Assembly: GCF_024298765.1 (NCBI RefSeq)
Contig: NZ_CP101210.1
Source of the DNA: Escherichia coli
GTDB taxonomy: Bacteria > Pseudomonadota > Gammaproteobacteria > Enterobacterales > Enterobacteriaceae
Strand: one strand, 5' to 3'
Length of the DNA: 64,000 nt
Positions 41,384 through 49,896 of the stretch are shown piece after piece. The notes under the pieces were generated by a model that did no database searches, was not told the DNA's origin, and was given only the letters and a program-made list of their open reading frames with translations. The first letter of the stretch is position 1, and every line of letters starts with the position of its first letter. Both the position numbers and the translations under genes were made by a program.

Positions 41384-42052
41384 ATGCAAGAAAGTATACA
41401 ACTGGTTATTGATTCCTTGCCGTTCCTGCTGAAAGGGGCTGGGTATACGCTGCAACTCAGTATCGGCGGCATGTTTTTTGGCTTACTGCTCGGGTTTATT
41501 CTCGCGCTGATGCGCCTGTCGCCAATCTGGCCCGTGCGCTGGCTGGCGCGTTTTTATATCTCTATTTTTCGTGGTACACCGCTCATCGCACAACTGTTTA
41601 TGATCTATTACGGCCTGCCGCAGTTTGGTATCGAATTAGATCCCATTCCGTCAGCAATGATTGGTCTGTCGCTCAACACTGCCGCCTATGCTGCCGAAAC
41701 GCTGCGCGCCGCCATTTCTTCTATTGATAAAGGTCAGTGGGAAGCAGCTGCCAGTATTGGTATGACGCCATGGCAGACTATGCGTCGCGCGATTTTGCCA
41801 CAGGCGGCGCGGGTGGCGTTGCCGCCGCTGTCGAACAGCTTTATCAGCCTGGTAAAAGATACGTCGCTGGCCGCGACAATTCAGGTGCCGGAGCTGTTCC
41901 GTCAGGCGCAGTTGATTACCTCGCGCACGCTGGAGGTGTTCACCATGTACCTGGCGGCTTCGCTCATCTACTGGATCATGGCGACAGTATTATCGACGTT
42001 GCAGAACCATTTTGAGAATCAACTTAATCGCCAGGAGAGAGAACCAAAATGA
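41384..42052 (+). CDS. tcyL: cystine ABC transporter permease TcyL
   Basis: 222-aa membrane ORF with ABC permease EAA-like loop. Confidence 0.85.
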   Translation: MQESIQLVIDSLPFLLKGAGYTLQLSIGGMFFGLLLGFILALMRLSPIWPVRWLARFYISIFRGTPLIAQLFMIYYGLPQFGIELDPIPSAMIGLSLNTAAYAAETLRAAISSIDKGQWEAAASIGMTPWQTMRRAILPQAARVALPPLSNSFISLVKDTSLAATIQVPELFRQAQLITSRTLEVFTMYLAASLIYWIMATVLSTLQNHFENQLNRQEREPK

Positions 42053-42801
42053 GTGCCATTGAAGTTAAGAACCTGGTGAAAAAATTTCACGGTCAGACGG
42101 TGCTGCACGGTATCGACCTTGAGGTAAAGCCTGGCGAAGTGGTGGCAATTATCGGTCCGAGTGGTTCCGGCAAAACCACGTTGCTACGCAGCATAAATCT
42201 GCTGGAACAACCGGAAGCGGGAACTATCACCGTTGGCGATATCACTATTGATACTGCACGTTCATTAAGTCAGCAAAAATCGCTGATTCGCCAGTTGCGT
42301 CAGCACGTCGGGTTTGTCTTCCAGAACTTTAATTTGTTTCCGCATCGTACGGTGCTGGAAAACATTATTGAAGGGCCGGTGATCGTCAAAGGCGAACCGA
42401 AAGAAGAGGCCACGGCGCGCGCTCGCGAGCTGTTGGCGAAAGTTGGGCTGGCCGGTAAAGAAACCAGCTATCCACGTCGTTTGTCTGGCGGTCAACAGCA
42501 ACGTGTTGCGATTGCACGTGCGCTGGCAATGCGTCCTGAGGTGATTTTGTTTGACGAGCCAACGTCGGCGCTGGATCCAGAGCTGGTGGGCGAAGTCCTG
42601 AACACCATCCGTCAGCTGGCGCAGGAAAAGCGCACGATGGTGATTGTGACGCACGAAATGAGCTTTGCCCGGGATGTTGCGGACCGGGCGATTTTTATGG
42701 ACCAGGGGCGGATAGTCGAGCAGGGGGCAGCAAAAGCGTTATTTGCCGATCCCCAGCAGCCTCGCACCCGCCAGTTCCTCGAGAAGTTTCTGCTGCAATA
42801 A
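42049..42801 (+). CDS. tcyN: cystine ABC transporter ATP-binding protein TcyN
   Basis: 250-aa ORF with Walker A (GPSGSGKTT), signature (LSGGQQQRVAIARAL) and Walker B. Confidence 0.9.
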   Translation: MSAIEVKNLVKKFHGQTVLHGIDLEVKPGEVVAIIGPSGSGKTTLLRSINLLEQPEAGTITVGDITIDTARSLSQQKSLIRQLRQHVGFVFQNFNLFPHRTVLENIIEGPVIVKGEPKEEATARARELLAKVGLAGKETSYPRRLSGGQQQRVAIARALAMRPEVILFDEPTSALDPELVGEVLNTIRQLAQEKRTMVIVTHEMSFARDVADRAIFMDQGRIVEQGAAKALFADPQQPRTRQFLEKFLLQ

Positions 42802-43030
42802 TAAGAAAAAATCAGCCCCGACGATTCACCTGTCGGGGCGGGACGCCATTTCAAGCGTGATAAAACAGCTTAACAAATCAGCATAACTCATTAATAACAT
42901 AAGAGAATGCGATGGCTTGCAAAAGTAATTCATTGCCTGAATAATATAAATTATATATAAATCTTATTTATGTGATAGTTTGAATTATCATTATAAATGA
43001 TACTCACTCTCAGGGGCGTTGCGGTTTACT

Positions 43031-43753
43031 ATGCAGGATACGGATTTTTTCAGCTGGCGTCGCACGATGCTGTTGCGTTTTCAGAGGATGGAGGCCGCAG
43101 AAGAGGTCTACCATGAAATAGAGCTTCAGGCTCAGCAGCTAGAGTACGATTACTATTCGTTATGTGTTCGCCACCCGGTACCATTCACGCGACCTAAAGT
43201 GGCTTTCTACACCAATTACCCTGAGGCGTGGGTTAGTTATTATCAGGCAAAAAACTTTCTCGCAATTGATCCGGTGCTGAACCCTGAAAACTTTAGTCAG
43301 GGCCATTTAATGTGGAATGATGACTTATTCAGCGAAGCACAGCCGTTATGGGAAGCCGCGCGCGCACATGGTTTACGCCGCGGTGTCACTCAGTATTTAA
43401 TGCTGCCAAACCGGGCGCTGGGCTTTTTGTCCTTTTCCCGTAGCAGCGCGCGCGAAATACCCATTCTTAGTGATGAACTGCAATTAAAAATGCAGTTACT
43501 GGTGCGCGAAAGTCTGATGGCTCTGATGCGTTTAAATGATGAAATAGTGATGACGCCAGAGATGAATTTCAGCAAGCGCGAAAAAGAAATTTTGAAATGG
43601 ACGGCGGAAGGGAAGACATCAGCAGAGATAGCGATGATTTTGTCAATCTCTGAGAATACGGTCAATTTCCATCAGAAAAACATGCAGAAAAAAATCAATG
43701 CACCGAATAAGACCCAGGTTGCCTGTTACGCGGCCGCTACTGGCTTAATTTGA
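43031..43753 (+). CDS. sdiA: LuxR-type quorum-sensing regulator SdiA
   Basis: ORF 43019..43753; MQDTDFFSWRRTMLL from ATG 43031 (240 aa); autoinducer-binding domain plus LuxR HTH. Confidence 0.9.
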   Translation: MQDTDFFSWRRTMLLRFQRMEAAEEVYHEIELQAQQLEYDYYSLCVRHPVPFTRPKVAFYTNYPEAWVSYYQAKNFLAIDPVLNPENFSQGHLMWNDDLFSEAQPLWEAARAHGLRRGVTQYLMLPNRALGFLSFSRSSAREIPILSDELQLKMQLLVRESLMALMRLNDEIVMTPEMNFSKREKEILKWTAEGKTSAEIAMILSISENTVNFHQKNMQKKINAPNKTQVACYAAATGLI

Positions 43754-43819
43754 TCTCTTTTCTTTCTGCGTGCCAGATGCAAAAACCGGCTGAAAGGCAC
43801 GCTATCAGCCGGTTTTATA

Positions 43820-44044
43820 TTACTGACGGTAGGCTTGTTTAATTTGCTTAACCGTTTTGGAAAATACTGCAGCCTGGGTTTCGTCTTCGATCAGCGCAAG
43901 CTGTTTTTCCATCTTTAACATCACGCGGCCCGCGTCAGCTTGTCCCATCGCCTGCAGCATCAGCGTCAGCATCGCTTTCAGGCAGGAGACTTCATTTGCC
44001 AGTTCTTGATTATTCTCGGCAGTAGAAAAATCAGGCGTACTCAT
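43820..44044 (-). CDS. yecF: small protein YecF
   Basis: 74-aa [29 protein letters not shown]... between sdiA and uvrY. Confidence 0.75.
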
Positions 44045-44502
44045 TTATTTTCCTCGTCATGTTGCAATGAAAATTTGCGGTGAAAAATGTTAAGGCGGCG
44101 GAGTATACCATAAGCTTTGCTAAAAATAGCAGTGGTTGTTTTTTGAGCGTATCGTCAACGGTGCTATTAAATGCGTTAATATAATGACCAATAAATATTT
44201 TTATCATGAATGTTTTTTGCCCGTATTGTTCGGGTTAATTAATGTTACATATTCAGCGGGCTGATTTTCATTTTTGCTGAATAAAGGTAATTTTTGTCAC
44301 ATTTCGTCGCAGGGCTTACTGTGAAACGATCCGGTAAGCCGTTGGTGACGGGCGTGACCATAACTGTGGACAATCGAATTGACAAAAACGAGAGAAAAAT
44401 CGAATACCCACCATTTTTAACGTTTCAAAGTTGCAATAAAAACCGCTAATATACGAATGACTAACTATCAGTAGCGTTATCCCTATTTCTGGAGATATTC
44501 CT

Positions 44503-45159
44503 TTGATCAACGTTCTACTTGTTGATGACCACGAACTGGTGCGCGCAGGGATACGACGCATTCTGGAAGATATAAAGGGTATAAAAGTCGTCGGTGAGGC
44601 ATCGTGCGGTGAAGACGCCGTTAAGTGGTGCCGGACAAATGCCGTTGACGTGGTGCTAATGGACATGAGTATGCCGGGCATTGGCGGTCTTGAGGCGACG
44701 CGTAAAATCGCGCGTTCCACAGCTGATGTCAAAATCATCATGCTTACCGTCCATACAGAAAACCCTTTACCAGCGAAAGTCATGCAGGCCGGTGCTGCGG
44801 GCTACCTCAGCAAAGGCGCGGCTCCGCAGGAAGTCGTGAGTGCGATTCGTTCTGTCTATTCAGGGCAGCGTTACATTGCTTCTGACATCGCTCAACAAAT
44901 GGCGTTAAGCCAGATCGAACCAGAAAAAACAGAAAGCCCATTTGCCAGTTTGTCTGAACGTGAATTGCAGATTATGCTGATGATCACCAAGGGCCAGAAG
45001 GTCAATGAGATCTCAGAACAGCTCAATCTCAGTCCGAAAACGGTGAACAGCTACCGCTATCGTATGTTCAGTAAACTAAACATTCATGGCGATGTTGAGC
45101 TGACTCACCTGGCAATTCGCCATGGTCTGTGTAATGCGGAGACATTATCAAGTCAGTGA
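44503..45159 (+). CDS. uvrY: response regulator UvrY (BarA/UvrY system)
   Basis: 218-aa ORF from TTG 44503 ([23 protein letters not shown]); receiver plus LuxR-type HTH; overlaps the uvrC start. Confidence 0.9.
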   Translation: MINVLLVDDHELVRAGIRRILEDIKGIKVVGEASCGEDAVKWCRTNAVDVVLMDMSMPGIGGLEATRKIARSTADVKIIMLTVHTENPLPAKVMQAGAAGYLSKGAAPQEVVSAIRSVYSGQRYIASDIAQQMALSQIEPEKTESPFASLSERELQIMLMITKGQKVNEISEQLNLSPKTVNSYRYRMFSKLNIHGDVELTHLAIRHGLCNAETLSSQ

Positions 45160-46988
45160 GTGATCAGTTTGACGCAAAAGCGTTTTTAAAAACCGTAACC
45201 AGCCAGCCAGGCGTTTATCGCATGTACGATGCTGGTGGTACGGTTATCTATGTCGGCAAAGCGAAAGACCTGAAAAAACGGCTTTCCAGCTATTTCCGTA
45301 GCAACCTCGCTTCGCGCAAAACCGAAGCGCTGGTCGCCCAGATCCAGCAAATTGATGTAACGGTTACTCATACAGAAACCGAAGCGCTGTTGCTGGAACA
45401 CAACTACATCAAACTCTATCAGCCGCGTTACAACGTTTTGCTACGCGATGATAAATCTTATCCCTTTATCTTCCTGAGTGGCGATACCCATCCGCGTCTG
45501 GCGATGCATCGTGGTGCGAAGCATGCTAAAGGTGAATATTTCGGCCCGTTCCCGAATGGCTATGCCGTACGTGAAACACTGGCGCTACTGCAAAAGATAT
45601 TCCCCATTCGCCAGTGCGAAAATAGTGTTTATCGCAATCGCTCGCGTCCGTGTCTGCAATATCAGATAGGGCGCTGTCTGGGACCGTGCGTTGAAGGACT
45701 GGTGAGTGAAGAAGAATACGCTCAGCAGGTCGAGTATGTGCGCCTGTTTTTGTCTGGCAAAGATGATCAGGTGCTTACGCAACTCATTAGTCGTATGGAA
45801 ACTGCCAGCCAGAATCTGGAGTTTGAAGAAGCGGCACGTATTCGCGACCAAATTCAGGCGGTGCGACGCGTCACCGAAAAACAGTTTGTGTCCAATACCG
45901 GCGACGACCTCGACGTTATTGGTGTGGCGTTCGATGCGGGCATGGCTTGTGTCCACGTATTGTTCATTCGTCAGGGTAAAGTGCTCGGCAGCCGCAGCTA
46001 TTTCCCGAAAGTGCCTGGCGGTACGGAACTGAGCGAGGTGGTGGAAACCTTCGTAGGTCAGTTCTATTTACAAGGCAGCCAGATGCGCACCTTACCGGGT
46101 GAGATCCTGCTCGATTTTAATCTTAGCGATAAAACGCTGCTCGCCGATTCCCTTTCAGAACTGGCGGGACGCAAGATTAATGTTCAAACCAAACCTCGCG
46201 GCGATCGGGCGCGTTATCTGAAACTCGCGCGCACCAATGCGGCGACGGCATTAACCAGCAAACTTTCGCAGCAATCTACCGTTCACCAGCGACTGACCGC
46301 GCTTGCCAGCGTGTTGAAATTGCCGGAAGTGAAGCGGATGGAATGCTTTGACATCAGCCATACCATGGGGGAACAAACCGTCGCTTCCTGTGTGGTGTTT
46401 GATGCTAACGGCCCGCTGCGTGCGGAGTATCGACGCTATAACATTACTGGCATCACGCCGGGCGATGATTATGCGGCGATGAATCAGGTGCTGCGTCGGC
46501 GTTATGGTAAAGCCATCGACGAGAGTAAGATCCCGGATGTGATCCTTATCGACGGCGGCAAAGGCCAACTTGCGCAGGCGAAAAATGTTTTCGCCGAACT
46601 GGATGTCTCATGGGATAAAAATCATCCGCTGCTACTAGGCGTTGCCAAAGGAGCAGATCGTAAGGCTGGGCTGGAAACGCTGTTCTTTGAGCCGGAAGGT
46701 GAGGGATTCAGTTTGCCGCCAGATTCTCCCGCACTGCATGTTATCCAGCATATTCGCGATGAATCACACGATCACGCGATTGGCGGGCACCGTAAAAAAC
46801 GGGCGAAGGTCAAAAATACCAGTTCCCTGGAAACCATTGAAGGCGTCGGGCCAAAACGTCGGCAAATGTTGTTGAAATATATGGGCGGTTTGCAAGGTTT
46901 ACGTAACGCCAGCGTCGAGGAAATTGCAAAAGTGCCGGGTATTTCGCAAGGTCTGGCAGAAAAGATCTTCTGGTCGTTGAAACATTGA
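45156..46988 (+). CDS. uvrC: excinuclease ABC subunit C UvrC
   Basis: 610-aa ORF with GIY-YIG N-terminal domain ([24 protein letters not shown]) and C-terminal HhH. Confidence 0.95.
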   Translation: MSDQFDAKAFLKTVTSQPGVYRMYDAGGTVIYVGKAKDLKKRLSSYFRSNLASRKTEALVAQIQQIDVTVTHTETEALLLEHNYIKLYQPRYNVLLRDDKSYPFIFLSGDTHPRLAMHRGAKHAKGEYFGPFPNGYAVRETLALLQKIFPIRQCENSVYRNRSRPCLQYQIGRCLGPCVEGLVSEEEYAQQVEYVRLFLSGKDDQVLTQLISRMETASQNLEFEEAARIRDQIQAVRRVTEKQFVSNTGDDLDVIGVAFDAGMACVHVLFIRQGKVLGSRSYFPKVPGGTELSEVVETFVGQFYLQGSQMRTLPGEILLDFNLSDKTLLADSLSELAGRKINVQTKPRGDRARYLKLARTNAATALTSKLSQQSTVHQRLTALASVLKLPEVKRMECFDISHTMGEQTVASCVVFDANGPLRAEYRRYNITGITPGDDYAAMNQVLRRRYGKAIDESKIPDVILIDGGKGQLAQAKNVFAELDVSWDKNHPLLLGVAKGADRKAGLETLFFEPEGEGFSLPPDSPALHVIQHIRDESHDHAIGGHRKKRAKVKNTSSLETIEGVGPKRRQMLLKYMGGLQGLRNASVEEIAKVPGISQGLAEKIFWSLKH

Positions 46989-47044
46989 TGTCTCTGTAGC
47001 AACATAGGGGTAATCTTACTGACAACAGATAGTTACCCGTCATT

Positions 47045-47593
47045 ATGCAATTTAATATCCCTACGTTGCTTACACTGTTCCGTGTCATCCTTATCCCATT
47101 CTTTGTATTGGTCTTTTATCTGCCTGTCACCTGGTCGCCGTTTGCCGCCGCGCTCATTTTCTGCGTCGCGGCGGTGACTGACTGGTTCGATGGTTTTCTG
47201 GCACGCCGCTGGAACCAGAGTACCCGGTTTGGTGCTTTCCTTGACCCTGTAGCAGATAAAGTTCTCGTGGCTATCGCCATGGTGCTGGTAACCGAGCATT
47301 ATCACAGCTGGTGGGTGACCTTACCGGCAGCAACGATGATCGCCCGTGAAATTATTATTTCTGCGTTACGCGAATGGATGGCGGAGTTGGGTAAACGCAG
47401 TAGCGTGGCTGTCTCCTGGATTGGGAAAGTGAAAACCACTGCCCAGATGGTGGCGCTGGCCTGGCTGCTGTGGCGTCCGAACATTTGGGTTGAGTACGCC
47501 GGTATTGCACTTTTCTTTGTGGCTGCGGTACTGACTCTGTGGTCAATGTTGCAATATTTGAGCGCTGCGCGTGCAGATTTGCTTGATCAGTGA
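47045..47593 (+). CDS. pgsA: CDP-diacylglycerol--glycerol-3-phosphate 3-phosphatidyltransferase PgsA
   Basis: 182-aa membrane ORF with CDP-alcohol phosphatidyltransferase motif. Confidence 0.9.
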
Positions 47594-47643
47594 TCGTTTC
47601 GGCGCAATTTTCAGCAAACGATCAAAAGTGGTGAAAAATATCG

Positions 47644-47671
47644 TTGACTCATCGCGCCAGGTAAGTAGAAT
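47644..47671 (+). promoter_or_regulatory. sigma-70 promoter of the glyW-cysT-leuZ tRNA operon
   Basis: TTGACT (47644..47649), 16-nt spacer, TAGAAT (47666..47671), about 70 bp upstream of the first tRNA. Confidence 0.6.
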
Positions 47672-47744
47672 GCAACGCATCGAACGGCGGCACTGATTGC
47701 CAGACGATAATAAAATCAAGTGATTAACTGATTGCTTGATGAAT

Positions 47745-47820
<76 letters not shown>

Positions 47821-47874
47821 GTTTAAAAGACATCGGCGTCAAGCGGATGTCTGGCTGAAAGGCCTGAAGAATTT

Positions 47875-47948
47875 GGCGCGTTAACAAAGCGGTTATGTAG
47901 CGGATTGCAAATCCGTCTAGTCCGGTTCGACTCCGGAACGCGCCTCCA
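47875..47948 (+). tRNA. cysT: tRNA-Cys (GCA)
   Basis: 74-nt sequence ggcgcgttaacaaagcggtt...cgcctcca; anticodon GCA. Confidence 0.95.
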
Positions 47949-47960
47949 CTTTCTTCCCGA

Positions 47961-48047
47961 GCCCGGATGGTGGAATCGGTAGACACAAGGGATTTAAAAT
48001 CCCTCGGCGTTCGCGCTGTGCGGGTTCAAGTCCCGCTCCGGGTACCA
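47961..48047 (+). tRNA. leuZ: tRNA-Leu (UAA)
   Basis: 87-nt class II tRNA gcccggatggtggaatcggtag...ccgggtacca; anticodon UAA; long variable arm. Confidence 0.95.
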
Positions 48048-48090
48048 TGGGAAAGATAAGAATAAAATCAAAGCAATAAGCAGTGTCGTG

Positions 48091-48115
48091 AAACCACCTT
48101 CGGGTGGTTTTTTTG
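48091..48115 (+). terminator. rho-independent terminator of the tRNA operon
   Basis: aaaccaccttcgggtggttt hairpin followed by ttttt. Confidence 0.7.
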
Positions 48116-48335
48116 TATTTGTATTTTGAGCAATGGCGGTAGAGTGGCGGTGGTGTGGCGATATGCAGAAACAATAATGGTGGTGCACGTGCTGTTTAAG
48201 CTCTAAGGATGAAGCAGAATTCTCCTGCAGCTCCTCCGTATTTCGCATAGTGAACCAAGACTTCGGTTAAACAAAATTTTTCTGGGATTTTTCCACTCGA
48301 CTTCATTTTTCCTCCAGTCATCCACCAAAGGTACC

Positions 48336-48440
48336 TGCGCTAATCTATCTTTTTTAATCTGACAACATCCTGAGAAAAGGCAAATTCGTCAGATTTACTG
48401 TTTTTTCTGCTGCTTCGAATGCCGATGTCTGCAGTACTGA
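48336..48440 (+). repeat. imperfect direct repeat copy A (related to copy B at 49348..49450)
   Basis: Shares blocks gcgc(g)taatctatc-tttttt, ctgagNNaaaggcaaaNtcNtcNgatt and (g)ttgcttcg with copy B, in partly different order. Confidence 0.45.
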
Positions 48441-48588
48441 TAAGAGCTCTATCTCTTTGATATAGATCTTTTTTTTGATGAATTGCTCGACATATTATCG
48501 TTATGACACCTTCTTGTTAAAGGTGTTGTACTCCACATCTCGATTTTATGATGTGGGTTATGATTGGTTAGTAATAGAGTGTATCGGT

Positions 48589-48870
48589 ATGCGATGTGGT
48601 TTATTAATGGCAATATGCTTTTGTTTGGTATCTTTTAGTGGGTATGCAGCAACAGGAAAGTCTGATGTTCAGATCAAGAAAGAAATAATTAAAGAATCCA
48701 TTGAATCATATCCAGGCAATTGTGCGTGTCCTTATAATCATGCAAGGAATGGTAGTAGGTGTGGTGGACGCAGTGCATATAGCCGTACTGGAGGGTATGA
48801 TGTGGTATGTTATGAGAGTGATGTTACTGATGAAATGATCCGGCAATGGAAGCAGGAGAATGCTGATTAA
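48589..48870 (+). CDS. hypothetical small secreted Cys-containing protein
   Basis: ORF 48475..48870; from internal ATG 48589 a signal-peptide-like N-terminus (MRCGLLMAICFCLVSFSGYAATG) then about 70 aa with four Cys; AT-rich; no homolog recognised. Confidence 0.4.
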   Translation: MRCGLLMAICFCLVSFSGYAATGKSDVQIKKEIIKESIESYPGNCACPYNHARNGSRCGGRSAYSRTGGYDVVCYESDVTDEMIRQWKQENAD

Positions 48871-49061
48871 TTACTTTTGACTGGTTTGTTTTGCGAGCAT
48901 TATGTGTGTTGTTAACGGTACCCTAGCTAAGTGAGAGTTCCAAAATAAAACCCGCAGTTTTTACGCTGCGGGTTTTATTGTTTCTGTCGATGGGATAGGG
49001 TGCCACTTCGGCCAGCCTTGGCAACCGATTGACGGGGGATTACTCCCCCGTCGCGGTTTCC

Positions 49062-49202
49062 TTACTGCTTACACTGTAAGAACGCCGCAAACTCCGCTCC
49101 CCAGAAGCTCATCCGTATTTCACACAGCGAACCGTGCAGCATCCAGATGATGAGGATTACCGTCACGCAGAACGTGATGGCCGTAAGCGATTTTTGCGAC
49201 AT
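49062..49202 (-). CDS. Hok/Gef-family type I toxin (46 aa)
   Basis: Hand translation of the minus strand gives MSQKSLTAITFCVTVILIIWMLHGSLCEIRMSFWGAEFAAFLQCKQ: TM helix then SLCEIR-x6-E(F)AAF, the Hok family signature; AGGAG RBS 8 nt upstream; not in the supplied ORF track (under 60 aa). Confidence 0.65.
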   Translation of the reverse strand: MSQKSLTAITFCVTVILIIWMLHGSLCEIRMSFWGAEFAAFLQCKQ

Positions 49203-49347
49203 AGCGCTTGCTCCTTTTTAGGGGAGGCGCTAACCTATCACTTGCTAAGGTTAGATGGTTAGGGCCTCGGTTAAACAGAGATGTTTTCCGGGGCCTTTCC
49301 ACATCTGGCCTTCGGGCATACCCTCCGACCATCAGCCGAAAGGCACC

Positions 49348-49450
49348 CGCGCGTAATCTATCGTTTTTTTGTTGCTTCGGCAATTCTGCTCGTTAATTCT
49401 GAGGTAAAGGCAAACTCATCTGATTGTTTCCCCTGTGTGACGTTGGCAGT
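49348..49450 (+). repeat. imperfect direct repeat copy B (overlaps the ogr 3' end)
   Basis: See copy A; this copy spans the last about 19 codons of ogr and its 3' flank. Confidence 0.45.
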
Positions 49451-49653
49451 TCATGCCACGGGATACCTTCTGAAGATCGAACGCCTGAGGTGTGTTTCGA
49501 TGTGAATTTATGGAAAGCTTCCAGTGTTGAGAAGCATACGCCGCATTCCAGGTTGTTACACTGGTAATACTTTTGTCGGACGGTGTTTGAATCATTTTCC
49601 GGACGACTTGTGCGGATACGGGCAGATGCGCCACAAAGCGGACAACGGAACAT
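49393..49653 (-). CDS. ogr: Ogr/Delta-family zinc-finger late-gene activator
   Basis: 86-aa ORF MFRCPLCGASARIRTSR...YYQCNNLECG..F.TLE; same Cys-x2-Cys...Cys-x4-Cys pattern as P2 Ogr (MFHCPLCQHAAHARTSR...). Confidence 0.75.
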   Translation of the reverse strand: MFRCPLCGASARIRTSRPENDSNTVRQKYYQCNNLECGVCFSTLEAFHKFTSKHTSGVRSSEGIPWHELPTSHRGNNQMSLPLPQN

Positions 49654-49830
49654 AGCAACCTCCCTTTAGGTGGTGCTATTCTAAACTTCATCAATGCAGA
49701 TTCCAACTCCTTCCCACTTTAAGCGAAGGATGGTGATAAAGTCAGAATATGTTAGATGAAGTCTAAACGGGCGATAAGTTTTCCAATATTTGAATAACAA
49801 CGTGGCAGGATTTTTGTTTATCAATTATCT

Positions 49831-49846
49831 TACACTTTTAAGTGTA
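49831..49846. promoter_or_regulatory. perfect palindrome TACACTT-tt-AAGTGTA upstream of the unknown cargo gene (candidate operator)
   Basis: 7-bp half-sites with a 2-bp spacer, about 50 bp upstream of the ORF in an AT-rich region. Confidence 0.35.
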
Positions 49847-49896
49847 ATAAATTTGTTAGTGATGACAATATTGTGAGAGGAGATTATCAATTGAAG

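Noticed and set aside
44045..44502. LexA box upstream of uvrY/uvrC
   Set aside because: The closest candidate (ctgtggacaatcgaattgaca) does not match CTGT-N8-ACAG well enough to call.
49120..49383. 87-aa ORF overlapping the hok-like gene, as an independent protein-coding gene
   Set aside because: More likely a mok-like overlapping reading frame (or chance ORF) than a stand-alone gene; mentioned only in connection with the hok locus.
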